Shown one piece after another: positions 20,189-30,963 of a DNA stretch of 64,000 nucleotides. Source of the DNA: an uncultured Patescibacteria group bacterium (GTDB lineage Bacteria > Patescibacteriota > JACMRA01); contig CALITC010000006.1 of assembly GCA_938041505.1 (NCBI GenBank), forward strand, positions 7,389 through 71,388. Reading direction: 5' to 3'. Each line of letters starts with the position of its first letter. Position 1 is the first letter of the stretch. Position numbers and translations under genes: made by a program. The notes below the pieces were generated by a model, which did no database searches, was not told the origin of the DNA, and saw only the letters and a program-made list of their open reading frames with translations.

Positions 20189-22438
20189 TTACACATCCAA
20201 ATCATCCAAGCCTTGCAGATTGAGAATATCTTTAGGGTTGGTGGTTACAATCTTATGCTCTGTAGGGAAGGCCAGGATTTCTATAGCCACGTGTCTCGGC
20301 CCAGCAAAAAATATTCCTTGCCCCACACTTGACTGCAACAACACCTGCTTCTCTCCCCCGGTCAAATTAAAAGTTTCCCCAACCGTATCAATGGCCGCAC
20401 TAGACTGCTTGAGGAGTAGCTTCATCGCCGCGTTCGTGACAATCGGCTTACCATACTTAGAGCTCATAAAATCTTGCACATCTTGGGTAATCGTGGTGAC
20501 ACCCAAGTAGTACTTACGCGCTCGTTTTGCCAAACCAAACAAAAACTTCGCACTATCTTCATACTGCATCATGATCCAGGCCTCATCAATCGCCAAAATA
20601 CGCTTACGGAGCTCAGAACGAATCTCAGCCCAGACAAACTTCAACAAAATATACATGGCAATCGGGCGCAGCTGATCCTGCAAATCTCGAATATTAAAGA
20701 CGATAAATTCTTTACGGATATTAACGTTGGTATGCTCGTTAAAAATTCCACTGAATGTCCCTTGGGTATACTTGTAAAGTCTTTGAGCTAAACTCTCCCC
20801 ACCTACAATTCCTTCTAAAATCTCCACAAGATCTTGCATTGTTGGCACAACTTTATCTGTAAGATCAGCATTTGGAGTTATATCTCTCTTAGCGTATGTC
20901 TCTTGGATTGCTCGCTCCATAAGACCCTCTTCAGTTGGATTCATTTTACCAACCATCAAATTCATCAGACCCATGAGATCAACAATCGCTGTGCGCAAAA
21001 TATCTGCCGTGCTTTCCCCTGGAAGTGCTTTCGGTAAATCAAAAGGATTAATACGATTAGGGGAATTCAAACTAAGGTTCACATAAGCTCCACCAAGTGT
21101 ATCGGCTAGTGTCTTATACTCATTCTCAGGGTCAATCACAATTACGTTAACCCCTACCATAAGTGAGCGCAGGATCTCAAGCTTAACAGCGTATGATTTA
21201 CCTGCACCCGAGGTGGCAAACACGAGAGAGTTGGCATTTTCTAATTCGAATCGATCAAAAATTACAAGTGATGTGTTATGCCTGTTAATTCCGTACAAAA
21301 TACCGTCATCTGATGATAACTCCGACGACACAAAAGGGAAACTTGCCGACAACGGACCCGTGTTCATATTGGATAAAACGTTGAGATTATCTTTAAGTAT
21401 CGGTAACGTTGCATTAAATCCATCACCCATCTGCAAAGCAGCTTTTTTCATGACAATGTTTTGTTGAGAAAGCAAACCTTCAACCGCTTCACAATACTTA
21501 TCGAGCTGCTCCATAGTTTGACCATACACCGTAACATACACCCCTACCCTGTAGAACTTTTCGACGCCTTGTTGAATGGCATCACGAAGCGACTCCACAT
21601 CTCGATACGCAGTCTCCAGTTGTGGATCACGCGCTTGACCACGCTCACTGTTAATCTGCAAAGAGGCTTGAATCTTACCGACCTTATTCTTAAGTTCACG
21701 TAGAATCTCCGAAGAATCCTTGGGGTAAACGAAAATAGACAGGTCGAGAGGTATATCGGCATTTACAATACCCTCAAGCCATCCTGAGCTAATAACACGC
21801 GGGTAAGCCAAAACAAAAAATGTCCGCACAAACTTAGTTCCCACCTCCATAACCGCAGACGTAATCTTGATACTACTAGGTGCGATCAAATCTCGAACAG
21901 TAGACACCCCTTCCCGATAACTCTTCTCCGACTCGATGAGTGTGCGTTGAATCTCAATCTCAGTTTTGAGAACTTCTTTGCGCAGTTGCTGAGGAGATAG
22001 TTGATTAAGGTTAGGTAGCTTCTTACCATTTGGTGCTTGTTGTGGCTGATTAGCTGGAGGGCGGCCTGATTGCTGCGGAGGTCTCTGCTGAGGTGGTCTT
22101 TGTTGTTGGTAGCCTTGCGGCGGTCGTTGCTGCTGGACTCGAGGACCTTGTGGACGAATTTGTTGCTGATTACCCCGGCGCTGCTGCTCGGCTATACCAG
22201 CCGAAGAAGCATTCACTCGCGGCAACTGATTTGCCACAGGTCTCTGCTGACCCTGAGGAGCAGAATAATTCCCATACGCACCTCGCACTTGATTATTTTG
22301 CTGAAGTTGCTGGCCAAGATCTGGGGTTTTGTAAACACTCCCTCCTTGAGCAGAGTTGATAGGTACACCCTGATTAGAACCACTTATCGGCCTTGGCTGA
22401 TTTTGTTGACCGCCTGGAGCAATACCGTTGTTAGACAT
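20189..22438 (-). CDS. VirB4/TraC-like ATPase with Q/P-rich N-terminal extension
   Basis: Walker A ATSGAGKS, Walker B IDEAW, RARKY, TQD. Confidence 0.9.
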   Translation of the reverse strand: MSNNGIAPGGQQNQPRPISGSNQGVPINSAQGGSVYKTPDLGQQLQQNNQVRGAYGNYSAPQGQQRPVANQLPRVNASSAGIAEQQRRGNQQQIRPQGPRVQQQRPPQGYQQQRPPQQRPPQQSGRPPANQPQQAPNGKKLPNLNQLSPQQLRKEVLKTEIEIQRTLIESEKSYREGVSTVRDLIAPSSIKITSAVMEVGTKFVRTFFVLAYPRVISSGWLEGIVNADIPLDLSIFVYPKDSSEILRELKNKVGKIQASLQINSERGQARDPQLETAYRDVESLRDAIQQGVEKFYRVGVYVTVYGQTMEQLDKYCEAVEGLLSQQNIVMKKAALQMGDGFNATLPILKDNLNVLSNMNTGPLSASFPFVSSELSSDDGILYGINRHNTSLVIFDRFELENANSLVFATSGAGKSYAVKLEILRSLMVGVNVIVIDPENEYKTLADTLGGAYVNLSLNSPNRINPFDLPKALPGESTADILRTAIVDLMGLMNLMVGKMNPTEEGLMERAIQETYAKRDITPNADLTDKVVPTMQDLVEILEGIVGGESLAQRLYKYTQGTFSGIFNEHTNVNIRKEFIVFNIRDLQDQLRPIAMYILLKFVWAEIRSELRKRILAIDEAWIMMQYEDSAKFLFGLAKRARKYYLGVTTITQDVQDFMSSKYGKPIVTNAAMKLLLKQSSAAIDTVGETFNLTGGEKQVLLQSSVGQGIFFAGPRHVAIEILAFPTEHKIVTTNPKDILNLQGLDDLDV

Positions 22439-22692
22439 TTCCCATAGTATAATCAACCAGGTATATTTTGTCTAGGATTGTAAAAATTTGATAACCAAAA
22501 CATCCTACATTCAGCATTGCTAAGTAAATAAAATTTGAATAAGCTAATTAACAACCATATCTTTGATCAAACCTTTTGTGCACTTGTAGAATAATAAAAT
22601 TTCGTATTAAGAAGAATTCAATTTTACGAACACTACCGGATTGACAAAAGAGCTATTTCAAGGAACCATATCTCATATAATACCCTCTTCAT

Positions 22693-23313
22693 ATGAAACT
22701 CTCCAAGGATCTCCAGGATCTCTTCAGCAATGAGCAAAGTGTAACCTTTCAAGAATTTGTGACATCCATCAGCCATAAAAGCTTTGGCCTGTTCTTAGTG
22801 ATTTTTTCATTACCTGCAGCACTGCCGGTACCTGCCCCTGGTTATGGAACACCCTTTGGTATAGTCCTACTTGGACTTGGACTCCAAATTATCGTCAAAC
22901 GTACCCACTTATGGTTTCCTAAGTTCATCCAAGACAAAGAACTACCAATCACCAAAGACTCCAAGATACTCAAAGCTATGATTAAGTTCACTTCTTTCTT
23001 TGAAGTATTTTTAAAGCCTCGCCTCAAATTTTTAACCAGGGGAATCTTCTATAGACTACTAGGTATATTAATTGCTATTTGTGGTCTATCAATGATAATC
23101 CCACTGCCACTCACTAACACAGCGCCAGCTTTTGGGATATTTGTCATCGGCTTAAGCTTATTAGAAGAAGATGGAATAGCGGCTATTGTCGGAGCCCTAG
23201 CCGCACTCACTGGGATCACCCTCACAACAACCCTGCTATATTTCACGTGGAAATTTGGACTAGAAGGCGCTGAAATTCTCAAAGAAGCAATCAAAGGACT
23301 CCTGCCCGGGTAA
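22693..23313 (+). CDS. exoD: ExoD family membrane protein
   Basis: FSLPAALPVP.PG, LPLTNTAPA, LLEEDG. Confidence 0.85.
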   Translation: MKLSKDLQDLFSNEQSVTFQEFVTSISHKSFGLFLVIFSLPAALPVPAPGYGTPFGIVLLGLGLQIIVKRTHLWFPKFIQDKELPITKDSKILKAMIKFTSFFEVFLKPRLKFLTRGIFYRLLGILIAICGLSMIIPLPLTNTAPAFGIFVIGLSLLEEDGIAAIVGALAALTGITLTTTLLYFTWKFGLEGAEILKEAIKGLLPG

Positions 23314-23328
23314 GAGACTCTCAGCAGA

Positions 23329-24027
23329 TCAAATTTCTTCTTTATACCCAGCAAAGCTATCGAGAATTATCCGCTCATTCGACACACCCATCAATTGCAA
23401 TATTCGGCGTACACCAACCACAAAACGTGGCGATCCTGATATATAAAGGTAAGCTCTGCTTTCAACAAGCTCTATTTTTTTCTCCTCAAGCTTTTCGGCC
23501 ATAAGGGCAAAAGGCACTCTTTCTTGCTCAATTGGCAACTCGCAAAGTTCACGATCAAACAAAAACAACTCCTTAGCAACATGATAGAACTTCACTCTTT
23601 GTAAGCGCACTCTATCTCGTTCTACCAAATCTACAAACATACTTCTAAAAGGTGTAACTCCAATCCCGCCGGCGATACAATACACTTCTGATTCCTGGTT
23701 TTCTGGAAGCACGAAGGGCCCAGCTGGTTCTGATATCCAAATCGAGTCACCTGGTTTGAGGGATTCCATATACTTCTTGAACTCACTATCGGATAAACTC
23801 ATAGAAAATTGCAACCAAGGCTCTTGTGGGCTAGATGCAATTGACATCGACCTGCAACTTATACGATCTCGAGGATCTTGATTTTCTTTTATAAAGATCT
23901 TCACATACTGCCCAGCTTGAAAATCAAATCCATCTGGCTTCGCAAACCAAAAACTCATAATACCAGGACTTTCAATTTTAGAATACAGTAACGAAACCTG
24001 TGTGTAATTATTCGACATCATAGCCAT
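23329..24027 (-). CDS. ferredoxin-NADP reductase-like FAD-dependent oxidoreductase
   Basis: FQAGQY, RSMSIASSP, GGIGVTPFRSM, SGSP. Confidence 0.85.
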   Translation of the reverse strand: MAMMSNNYTQVSLLYSKIESPGIMSFWFAKPDGFDFQAGQYVKIFIKENQDPRDRISCRSMSIASSPQEPWLQFSMSLSDSEFKKYMESLKPGDSIWISEPAGPFVLPENQESEVYCIAGGIGVTPFRSMFVDLVERDRVRLQRVKFYHVAKELFLFDRELCELPIEQERVPFALMAEKLEEKKIELVESRAYLYISGSPRFVVGVRRILQLMGVSNERIILDSFAGYKEEI

Positions 24028-24131
24028 AGTATACACCAAAGTTAGCCAAATTACAAGCACCATTAAAATATGCCCTGATCAGAAGTCAGAGCAATATTTT
24101 GCATAATCCTCACTGAGCTTGACCCCTTCTA

Positions 24132-24386
24132 TTATAACGCTATTTTTTGTTTTGCCTCTTCTAGATTGAGCAAGCATTGTTGATTTTGCTGATAATACAA
24201 CAGCGCCATCTGGAACATTGCCATTGGAAATGGCGATTTATGTTGCCACTCCCTGAACTGTTTCAAAAAACAATTCTTATCAACACCATCAGGCATCGAG
24301 TTAATTTGCTTCAAAATATTATTCATCTTGATAACCATCCTATCATTAGATCTCTTAACCAAAGGATGAAATAAATATATACACAC
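24132..24386 (-). CDS. small hypothetical protein
   Basis: Short ORF downstream of lepB; no motif. Confidence 0.35.
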   Translation of the reverse strand: MCIYLFHPLVKRSNDRMVIKMNNILKQINSMPDGVDKNCFLKQFREWQHKSPFPMAMFQMALLYYQQNQQCLLNLEEAKQKIAL

Positions 24387-24400
24387 GTCAATATTATATA

Positions 24401-25069
24401 TTAATTATTAATATTGTACTCTGGCAACTCAAAAAAACCAGATTGATTATCGTGGTCAAGCACAAAAAAAACTTTACCTAGAATTCGACCTTTTTCCACC
24501 TCTTCAAAAGTGCGCGAATCTATACTCTGAGTGCGATTATCGCCCATAACGTAATACTCTTCACTATCCAGTTTATCTTCTATGTGGCCTGCCCCTGCAA
24601 CCTGTACTTTCTTGTACGTGGAAACGGTATCTTCTAAGTACGATTCCTCAAGCTCAATACCGTCCGGATAACTTTCGTTATACACATACACCTCACCTTC
24701 GTCAAAACCAATACTCTCGCCAGGTAGTCCGATGACTCTCTTAATATATAATTTTCCGTCCTCTTCATAAATATCTTGTGGGGGTTTAACAACAACTATA
24801 TCACCACGCTTATAGTCACTAAACCGAGGAGTGAGCAAATCTAAATACACCACTTCTTGATCTTTCAAACTTGGGTACATCGATTGACCCTCGATGCCAA
24901 TTGTCACGAAAACAAAAGTACGGATCAAGGTAAAAAAAATCGAAACAACCAAGAAAACCCTCAAAAAATAATAGAGGTATTCTAAAAGCTCATGGCGAAA
25001 AGAAGGTCGCACCGCATTTTTAATATCACGGTCGGAATAATTCCGTTCAAATTTTACACCGGTGGTCAT
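24401..25069 (-). CDS. lepB: signal peptidase I
   Basis: G.SMYP, IKRVIGLPG, GDNR..S.DSR; TTGACA-17-TACGAT upstream supports ATG 25069. Confidence 0.93.
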   Translation of the reverse strand: MTTGVKFERNYSDRDIKNAVRPSFRHELLEYLYYFLRVFLVVSIFFTLIRTFVFVTIGIEGQSMYPSLKDQEVVYLDLLTPRFSDYKRGDIVVVKPPQDIYEEDGKLYIKRVIGLPGESIGFDEGEVYVYNESYPDGIELEESYLEDTVSTYKKVQVAGAGHIEDKLDSEEYYVMGDNRTQSIDSRTFEEVEKGRILGKVFFVLDHDNQSGFFELPEYNINN

Positions 25070-25112
25070 TTGATACAAATCGTAACCACCATAGTAAGTC
25101 TTGTCAAAATAA

Positions 25113-25218
25113 TGAATATACATCCCTCCGCAGAGCAGCCGGGTATCTAAATTTTCCTTCGTAATTGGAGTTATTTCACCTCAAGTGACGGAAAATTAGA
25201 CCTTAACCAATTATTAAA
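25113..25218. repeat. possible degenerate small palindromic (REP/MITE-like) element
   Basis: GC-rich CCCTCCGCAGAGCAGCCGGGTAT...CACCTCAAGTG...ATTAAA patch in an AT-rich spacer; single copy in this window. Confidence 0.3.
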
Positions 25219-25292
25219 CCCACCCTCACCAACCCACTATTTTTGACCTCTACAGGAAGGTTTGGTATACTTACTAAGGTAAATACTATTAT

Positions 25293-25721
25293 ATGTACGA
25301 ATTAAAAACAAAAGTAAATGATGCGAGTGTCTTAAAATTTTTGAACTCGGTAGAAGATCCTCAACGGAGAGCAGATTCTCTGGAGATGCTCGATATCATG
25401 TCTAAGATAACTGGCGAAGAGCCGAAGATGTGGGGTAAAAGCATCATTGGATTTGGATCTTATACATACAAGAACTCTGCAGGGAAAGCCTTCACTTGGA
25501 TGAAAATAGCTTTCTCACCTCGCAAACAAAATCTCACACTTTATATAATGCCAGGATTCAAAATCTATCCCGAACTTATGAATAAACTTGGGCCACACAA
25601 AACAGGAAAGGGATGCCTTTATTTGAAAAAATTATCAGACGCTAATCCCAAGGTTCTCGCGAGGCTTATCAAAGAATCCTATGAAGAAATGGGTAAAAAG
25701 TACCCAAAAGCTGTTTTCTAG
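25293..25721 (+). CDS. DUF1801 (YdhG-like) protein
   Basis: PKMWG.SIIGFGSY.Y, FSPRKQNLTLY, LG.HKTGKGCLY.K.L. Confidence 0.88.
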   Translation: MYELKTKVNDASVLKFLNSVEDPQRRADSLEMLDIMSKITGEEPKMWGKSIIGFGSYTYKNSAGKAFTWMKIAFSPRKQNLTLYIMPGFKIYPELMNKLGPHKTGKGCLYLKKLSDANPKVLARLIKESYEEMGKKYPKAVF

Positions 25722-25734
25722 CACAACTAATTAG

Positions 25735-27189
25735 CTAAGCTTTCACAAGCATTGTCCTAATAATATCCAACTTCTCCTTCATCTTTTCATCGGTTTTGTA
25801 GAGTTTGGAGATCTTGTTTGCCGCGTGCATAACCGTAGTGTGATCACGATTACCAAAAAGCCGACCAATAGCTGGATAACTAAGGTCAAGATCATACTTG
25901 TAGAACCACATAATTACTTGCCTTGCAGTAGAAATATCACGCTGCCTACTAACACCTAATACATCAGCTTTATCTAAGCCAAAATACCTACAAACTGCAT
26001 GCATTATTCTCTCAGTAGCTGCTGCAGGATTCTTAGCAAGCGAAAAAGCTGGATTGGGCTTAACGGCACTAGTCAAAATTCCATCCAAATCTTCATCCGA
26101 AAAATTTTTCCCTGGAGTGAATTTAATTTTTGCACAGACTTTGTTCAAAACCCCTTCCAACTCTCTCACATTCGTGTCCATTTTTATGGCAATTGATTGG
26201 ACCTGCGTATCCGATAATGGCAATTGCATTCGCTCTATTTTATCGTTCAAAATTGCCACACGAGACTCGAGGTCTGGCTTAGAAATATCAACTGTAACAC
26301 CCGAATTAAAACGACTAATGAGCCTATCAGCAACCCCATTCAGCTCACTAGGATGCCTATCTGAAGTAAGGATAATTTGTTTATTAGCTTGAATAAGAGA
26401 ATTAAATGTATGGAAGAATTCATTTTGCGTGCTTTCCTTACCAGAAATAAATTGCACATCATCAATAAGCAATAGATCTATAGTACGATAGTAATTCTTA
26501 AATCCTTGCATCTCTCCTTTTCTTACAGCAATCTGGAACTGAGACACAAAAGTTTCCATTGGAATATATTTGATATTATAACTTGGGTTATTTTCCAGCA
26601 TTTTGTGACCAATAGCTTGAATTAAGTGGGTTTTACCAAGCCCAACACCTGAGTGTAAGAAAACTGGATTATAAATTTGCCCTGGTTGATCAATAACCGC
26701 TTTGGCTACATTTGCAGCAAATTCATTGTTATCGGTTACAACAAATTTTTCAAAGGTATATTTAGGATTAAGATTATTAATATTTTTCTTAGGAAGATAA
26801 GACGCTCCAACGTCTTGAGATACATCAAACGATTTGAAGGTATCTTTTGGAGATTTTTGGGTTTTCTCCTGTCTTTGAGGCTTGGATATCTCCTGTGGAG
26901 TTAAAGTTTGTTGAGTATAAACAGGCTCTTCTTCAGCTTGATCAACACTAAAATCAACATGAATAACTTGAGGATAATATTTGTTTATACTATCAAGCAA
27001 ACCCTGTTTGTATTTGGACTCAATATACTTTTTTGAAAAAGAGTTTGGCACAGACAATACTATCTTCCGACCATGGTTACTGGTCTTCACAAATTCTACC
27101 CTACTAAACCATGCTTTGTAAGCACTGTCCTTGAGAGATCCGCGAATGTTTTCTAGCACTAATGGCCAATAGTCTTCTGTTGCGGGCAT
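25735..27189 (-). CDS. dnaA: chromosomal replication initiator DnaA
   Basis: YNPVFL, GVGLGKTHL, LLIDDVQF, RDHTTVMHA. Confidence 0.98.
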   Translation of the reverse strand: MPATEDYWPLVLENIRGSLKDSAYKAWFSRVEFVKTSNHGRKIVLSVPNSFSKKYIESKYKQGLLDSINKYYPQVIHVDFSVDQAEEEPVYTQQTLTPQEISKPQRQEKTQKSPKDTFKSFDVSQDVGASYLPKKNINNLNPKYTFEKFVVTDNNEFAANVAKAVIDQPGQIYNPVFLHSGVGLGKTHLIQAIGHKMLENNPSYNIKYIPMETFVSQFQIAVRKGEMQGFKNYYRTIDLLLIDDVQFISGKESTQNEFFHTFNSLIQANKQIILTSDRHPSELNGVADRLISRFNSGVTVDISKPDLESRVAILNDKIERMQLPLSDTQVQSIAIKMDTNVRELEGVLNKVCAKIKFTPGKNFSDEDLDGILTSAVKPNPAFSLAKNPAAATERIMHAVCRYFGLDKADVLGVSRQRDISTARQVIMWFYKYDLDLSYPAIGRLFGNRDHTTVMHAANKISKLYKTDEKMKEKLDIIRTMLVKA

Positions 27190-27470
27190 TTATAGAGATT
27201 GAGATATAAAAAAGAGTCTAAACCAAACCCATTACTGGGTTTAGAATTCGAAATTGATGGGTTTAAATTTTCTAAAAAAGAGCGGTTAAGTTCTCGTTTC
27301 TCTAGGCTTTTTCTACTATAATTAACTATGAAAAATAAACATGTAGCTGTCAAGCAAATGGATCAAAAATCGACCAACGAAATAGTCCACAATAACAAAG
27401 CAAAAAACTACTCAATATATTTAATTCTTAACGTTGACTATATTCTAAAAAAACTGAAATATAAGGAATT

Positions 27471-27983
27471 ATGATCGAAATATACACAGATGGAGGGTGC
27501 TCTAAGAACGGAGAAAAAGATGCAATTGGAGCTACAGGAGTAGTGGCCATCCAAAATAACAAAATTATTTTTAAACATAGCCAAACCTACCTTGGCACCA
27601 CGAATAATCGTATGGAATACAGAGCAATGATAATGGCCATGAACCTTTGCATTAAAAACAATCTTACAGAAGTGAACTTCTTTACTGACTCGAACCTACT
27701 AGTACAGACGCTCACTACCTGGATGCACGGTTGGAAGAATAATGGTTGGAAGAAAAAAAGCAATCCTAAAAAAATTAAGAATTTAGATTTAGTGCTCACT
27801 CTTTGGGAACTAAAAAAACAATTACCGACAGCCACATTCTCTTGGGTAAAAGCTCACGCAGGAAACACTTACAATGAGATTGCAGACGAACTGGCCACAA
27901 GTTTTGATATGGAACATGCTCAAGAAGACACCATTAACGTACAAATTCTTAAGAAGCATGGTGTAGAGCAAAATTTAGGTTAA
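27471..27983 (+). CDS. rnhA: ribonuclease HI
   Basis: IYTDG, TTNNRME, TDS, KNLDL, WVKAHAG..YNE.AD. Confidence 0.95.
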   Translation: MIEIYTDGGCSKNGEKDAIGATGVVAIQNNKIIFKHSQTYLGTTNNRMEYRAMIMAMNLCIKNNLTEVNFFTDSNLLVQTLTTWMHGWKNNGWKKKSNPKKIKNLDLVLTLWELKKQLPTATFSWVKAHAGNTYNEIADELATSFDMEHAQEDTINVQILKKHGVEQNLG

Positions 27984-28128
27984 GCGAATTTAATGAATTT
28001 CCTAGGTTCGTGTGTGGTGTCAACAACTTATATGAACAAAATAGAGACAACCCCTATAAGGGGTATTTGTGGGCATAAAAGTTTATAGGACAAATCATAG
28101 TGTCCTAAAGCGAATAGAAAGATGGTTA

Positions 28129-28632
28129 CTAATTACTGATTTTAGATTGTCGCGCATTGTAGCGGCTAACAAACTTAGTTAAACCAGAATGAGAAATACC
28201 AATCTCTTCAGCAATCTTGGACTTAAGATCAGCCTTAGAATTGAATCGCTCAATAATATCAGTGATCTCTGCTTGAGTATATGGAAGATCTCCAACAATT
28301 ACATATCCTTCTTTCCTCTTTACGTCACGAATTATATTCTTCAAAACAGAAGTATTCACGTGAGCAAGTTGCATCTTAATATCAGATATCTTTGTCTTCG
28401 TCTTAAGAAGTTCGATAACTGTATTTCGAGCTTTAACTTTTTCTTCCGGAGTGAGTCTCTTGTAGTTGAGAACCGTGCTGTACTTAACCCCTTTGCGCCG
28501 AAGGAAGTATCGGAGCTGATTAGGATCAAAGTCGAATTTATCTGCAGTTGTGAAGACGTTACCAGATTTCTTGAACTCTTCAAGCAAAGCAGTATAGAAT
28601 TCTTTAGTTCTTCTATTACGCATTTTAGCCAT
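28129..28632 (-). CDS. basic hypothetical protein with HTH-like segments
   Basis: Lys/Arg-rich; KIAEEIGISHSGL resembles an HTH; upstream TTGACA. Confidence 0.6.
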   Translation of the reverse strand: MAKMRNRRTKEFYTALLEEFKKSGNVFTTADKFDFDPNQLRYFLRRKGVKYSTVLNYKRLTPEEKVKARNTVIELLKTKTKISDIKMQLAHVNTSVLKNIIRDVKRKEGYVIVGDLPYTQAEITDIIERFNSKADLKSKIAEEIGISHSGLTKFVSRYNARQSKISN

Positions 28633-28881
28633 AGTTAATAATATATATTACATAAAATAAAAATTCTGTCAACGATTTTTTTTGAGGATATATACTTTTC
28701 CTGATATATATGCCTATCTATGGCGAATTACATATTCATTCCATAAGTCAACATATTTTGCTCACGCCTTACAGAGGAGGTATATGGCATTTCTCAATAA
28801 TTTTAGCACAATTATGAATATAAATACAAAACAAAAAAGCAAGCCTTTAAGGCTTACTTGCAATTATCACTAAATCTCAAG

Positions 28882-30963
28882 TTAAACCTGTATTACTACT
28901 GGGATAACTATTGGATCTTTTTCTGTCTTGTTGTAAACAAAATCTCGAGTAGTGTGTCTTATTTTAGACCGGAGTTCACTCCAATACGTAGACGATGTTG
29001 GATCTACTTTGTAAGTAGCGAATTCTTCTTTGATCTTTTTCTTCATATCCTCAAACAAATCAGAGTTGGCCTTCATATACACAAAGCCACGTGCAATTAT
29101 CTCAGGACCACCAACAAGCTTCTTTTGTTTGTTTACCAACATTACCACAACGAGCGAACCTTGTGTCGACATCTGACGACGTTCTTCAAGCACCACATCA
29201 GAAACAGAGCCCACACCAGTACCATCGACTAGTACTACTTTTTCCCCTGCAAGATCATCGGTAACAACAATATCTTTCGTACGTAATTCTACAATACGGT
29301 TATTCTCCACAATTAAGTTGTGTTCAAATGGAATACCTACTTGCATACCAAGCTCTGCCATCTTACGTAGCAAGAAGTGATTACCATGAATCGGCATGAG
29401 GTAATCTGGTCGAGTGAGATTAATAAGCAGCTTGAGATCTTCCACAGAAGCGTGACCTGATACGTATAGATCAAAATCAGAATTCAAAAAGATATCTACA
29501 CCCTTACGACTAAGCTTAGCGATAAGATCTTGCACGCTATCTTCATTACCTGGGATAGGGCGACTTGAGAAGATAATAGCGTCCCCTCCTTGAAGCCTAA
29601 TCAAATCGTGTTCGTCACGAGCCATTCGAGAAAGTGCAGCCCTATCTTCTCCTTGTGACCCAGTAGAGAGCACACACACCTTTTCAGGTGGCATATTACC
29701 AGCCTCCTGGATATCAATCACCATTCCTTTTGGTACTTTGATATAACCAAGTTGGAAACAAACATTGAAGTTATTCACAATACTACGCCCAACAAGAGCA
29801 AGTTTTCGATTAGACTGTTCGCAGGCGTTAACTACCTGTTGAATACGACCGATTGTAGTGGAGAATGTCGTGAAAATAATACGACCGTTAATCTGTTTGA
29901 AGAGATTTTTGATCGTCCCTTCAATAACCTTCTCACTAATTGCATACCCTGGCTTAAGTACACCCAGAGAGTCGGTGAGTAGTAATCTTACACCTTCGTC
30001 TCCAAGATGAGCTAATTTACCATAGTCACTCGGCTTACCGTCAAATGGAGAGTTATCAAACTTCCAATCAGTGGTATACACAATTCGCCCCATTGCTGTA
30101 TCAATTGCAAGTCCAACAACATCAGGAATTGAATGAGCGAGTCTAAAGAACTGCAAACTAAACCCTCCAAGCTTAAGAGGCTTGGTAATATCTAAGATAT
30201 TAAATGAAAAAGCCTTATTAAGATTAAATTCCTCAAGACGGTTCTTAAGCAAAGCTAATGTCAAAGGCATTCCATATACTGGTACATTCTTGAACTTTGG
30301 CAATACGTACGGAGCACCACCAATGTGATCCAAGTGTCCATGAGTATAAACAACTCCTCTAACCTTGTGGGCATTTTGCTCCAAGTATGTAGAATCCGGT
30401 ATTAGATAATCTACACCAGGGAATCGTTCACCTCCTCCAAAACCGAATCCAGTGTCCACGACTATAATATCATCACCACACTCAATGGCGGTCATGTTCA
30501 TACCTACTTCATTCACACCTCCAAGAGGTATAATTTTGACAGAAGGTCCTTCAGGAAATTCTTTTGGTGAGTTAGATTGCAAAACCGTCCCTGTAAGGAG
30601 TTGTGGATTTAAATGAGTAACTGCCAAATTCCCTTTCTTAACGGATGTACTCCGAATATTCTTTACCTGTCGCACATTATTAAGTGCGCTCTCTAAAGAT
30701 TTTAGCGTTTTCTCAGGATCTTGTCGCTCAACAAAATATGGTTTTTTGGAAGCTTGAGCAGCTATACTGGAAGATCCAGTATAGTCATTGCCCCGGCGAA
30801 AATTTCTTCGTCCTCCACCGGATCTGTTATTTCTTCGATTATATGAAGAGGCGCCAGATGACCGCCTATTGTTATTCGATGATGATCTTCCTCGATTATT
30901 GTTCCCAGTGTTAAACTGAGGTCTATTACCTGGGCGAGTTGATCCATTAGAATTATTTTGCAT
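28882..30963 (-). CDS. rnj: ribonuclease J with N/R/G-rich N-terminal extension
   Basis: PLGG..EVGMNM, THGHLDHIG, HSIPD, STGSQGE, SGHA. Confidence 0.95.
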   Translation of the reverse strand: MQNNSNGSTRPGNRPQFNTGNNNRGRSSSNNNRRSSGASSYNRRNNRSGGGRRNFRRGNDYTGSSSIAAQASKKPYFVERQDPEKTLKSLESALNNVRQVKNIRSTSVKKGNLAVTHLNPQLLTGTVLQSNSPKEFPEGPSVKIIPLGGVNEVGMNMTAIECGDDIIVVDTGFGFGGGERFPGVDYLIPDSTYLEQNAHKVRGVVYTHGHLDHIGGAPYVLPKFKNVPVYGMPLTLALLKNRLEEFNLNKAFSFNILDITKPLKLGGFSLQFFRLAHSIPDVVGLAIDTAMGRIVYTTDWKFDNSPFDGKPSDYGKLAHLGDEGVRLLLTDSLGVLKPGYAISEKVIEGTIKNLFKQINGRIIFTTFSTTIGRIQQVVNACEQSNRKLALVGRSIVNNFNVCFQLGYIKVPKGMVIDIQEAGNMPPEKVCVLSTGSQGEDRAALSRMARDEHDLIRLQGGDAIIFSSRPIPGNEDSVQDLIAKLSRKGVDIFLNSDFDLYVSGHASVEDLKLLINLTRPDYLMPIHGNHFLLRKMAELGMQVGIPFEHNLIVENNRIVELRTKDIVVTDDLAGEKVVLVDGTGVGSVSDVVLEERRQMSTQGSLVVVMLVNKQKKLVGGPEIIARGFVYMKANSDLFEDMKKKIKEEFATYKVDPTSSTYWSELRSKIRHTTRDFVYNKTEKDPIVIPVVIQV

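Noticed and set aside
20189-22456. Conjugative element around the VirB4-like gene and tRNA-Arg
   Set aside because: No relaxase, coupling protein, integrase or tRNA direct repeat nearby; such ATPases are common chromosomal genes in CPR
27190-27470. oriC next to dnaA
   Set aside because: AT-rich, but only a two-mismatch DnaA-box-like site (TAGTCCACA near 27383) and no box cluster was seen
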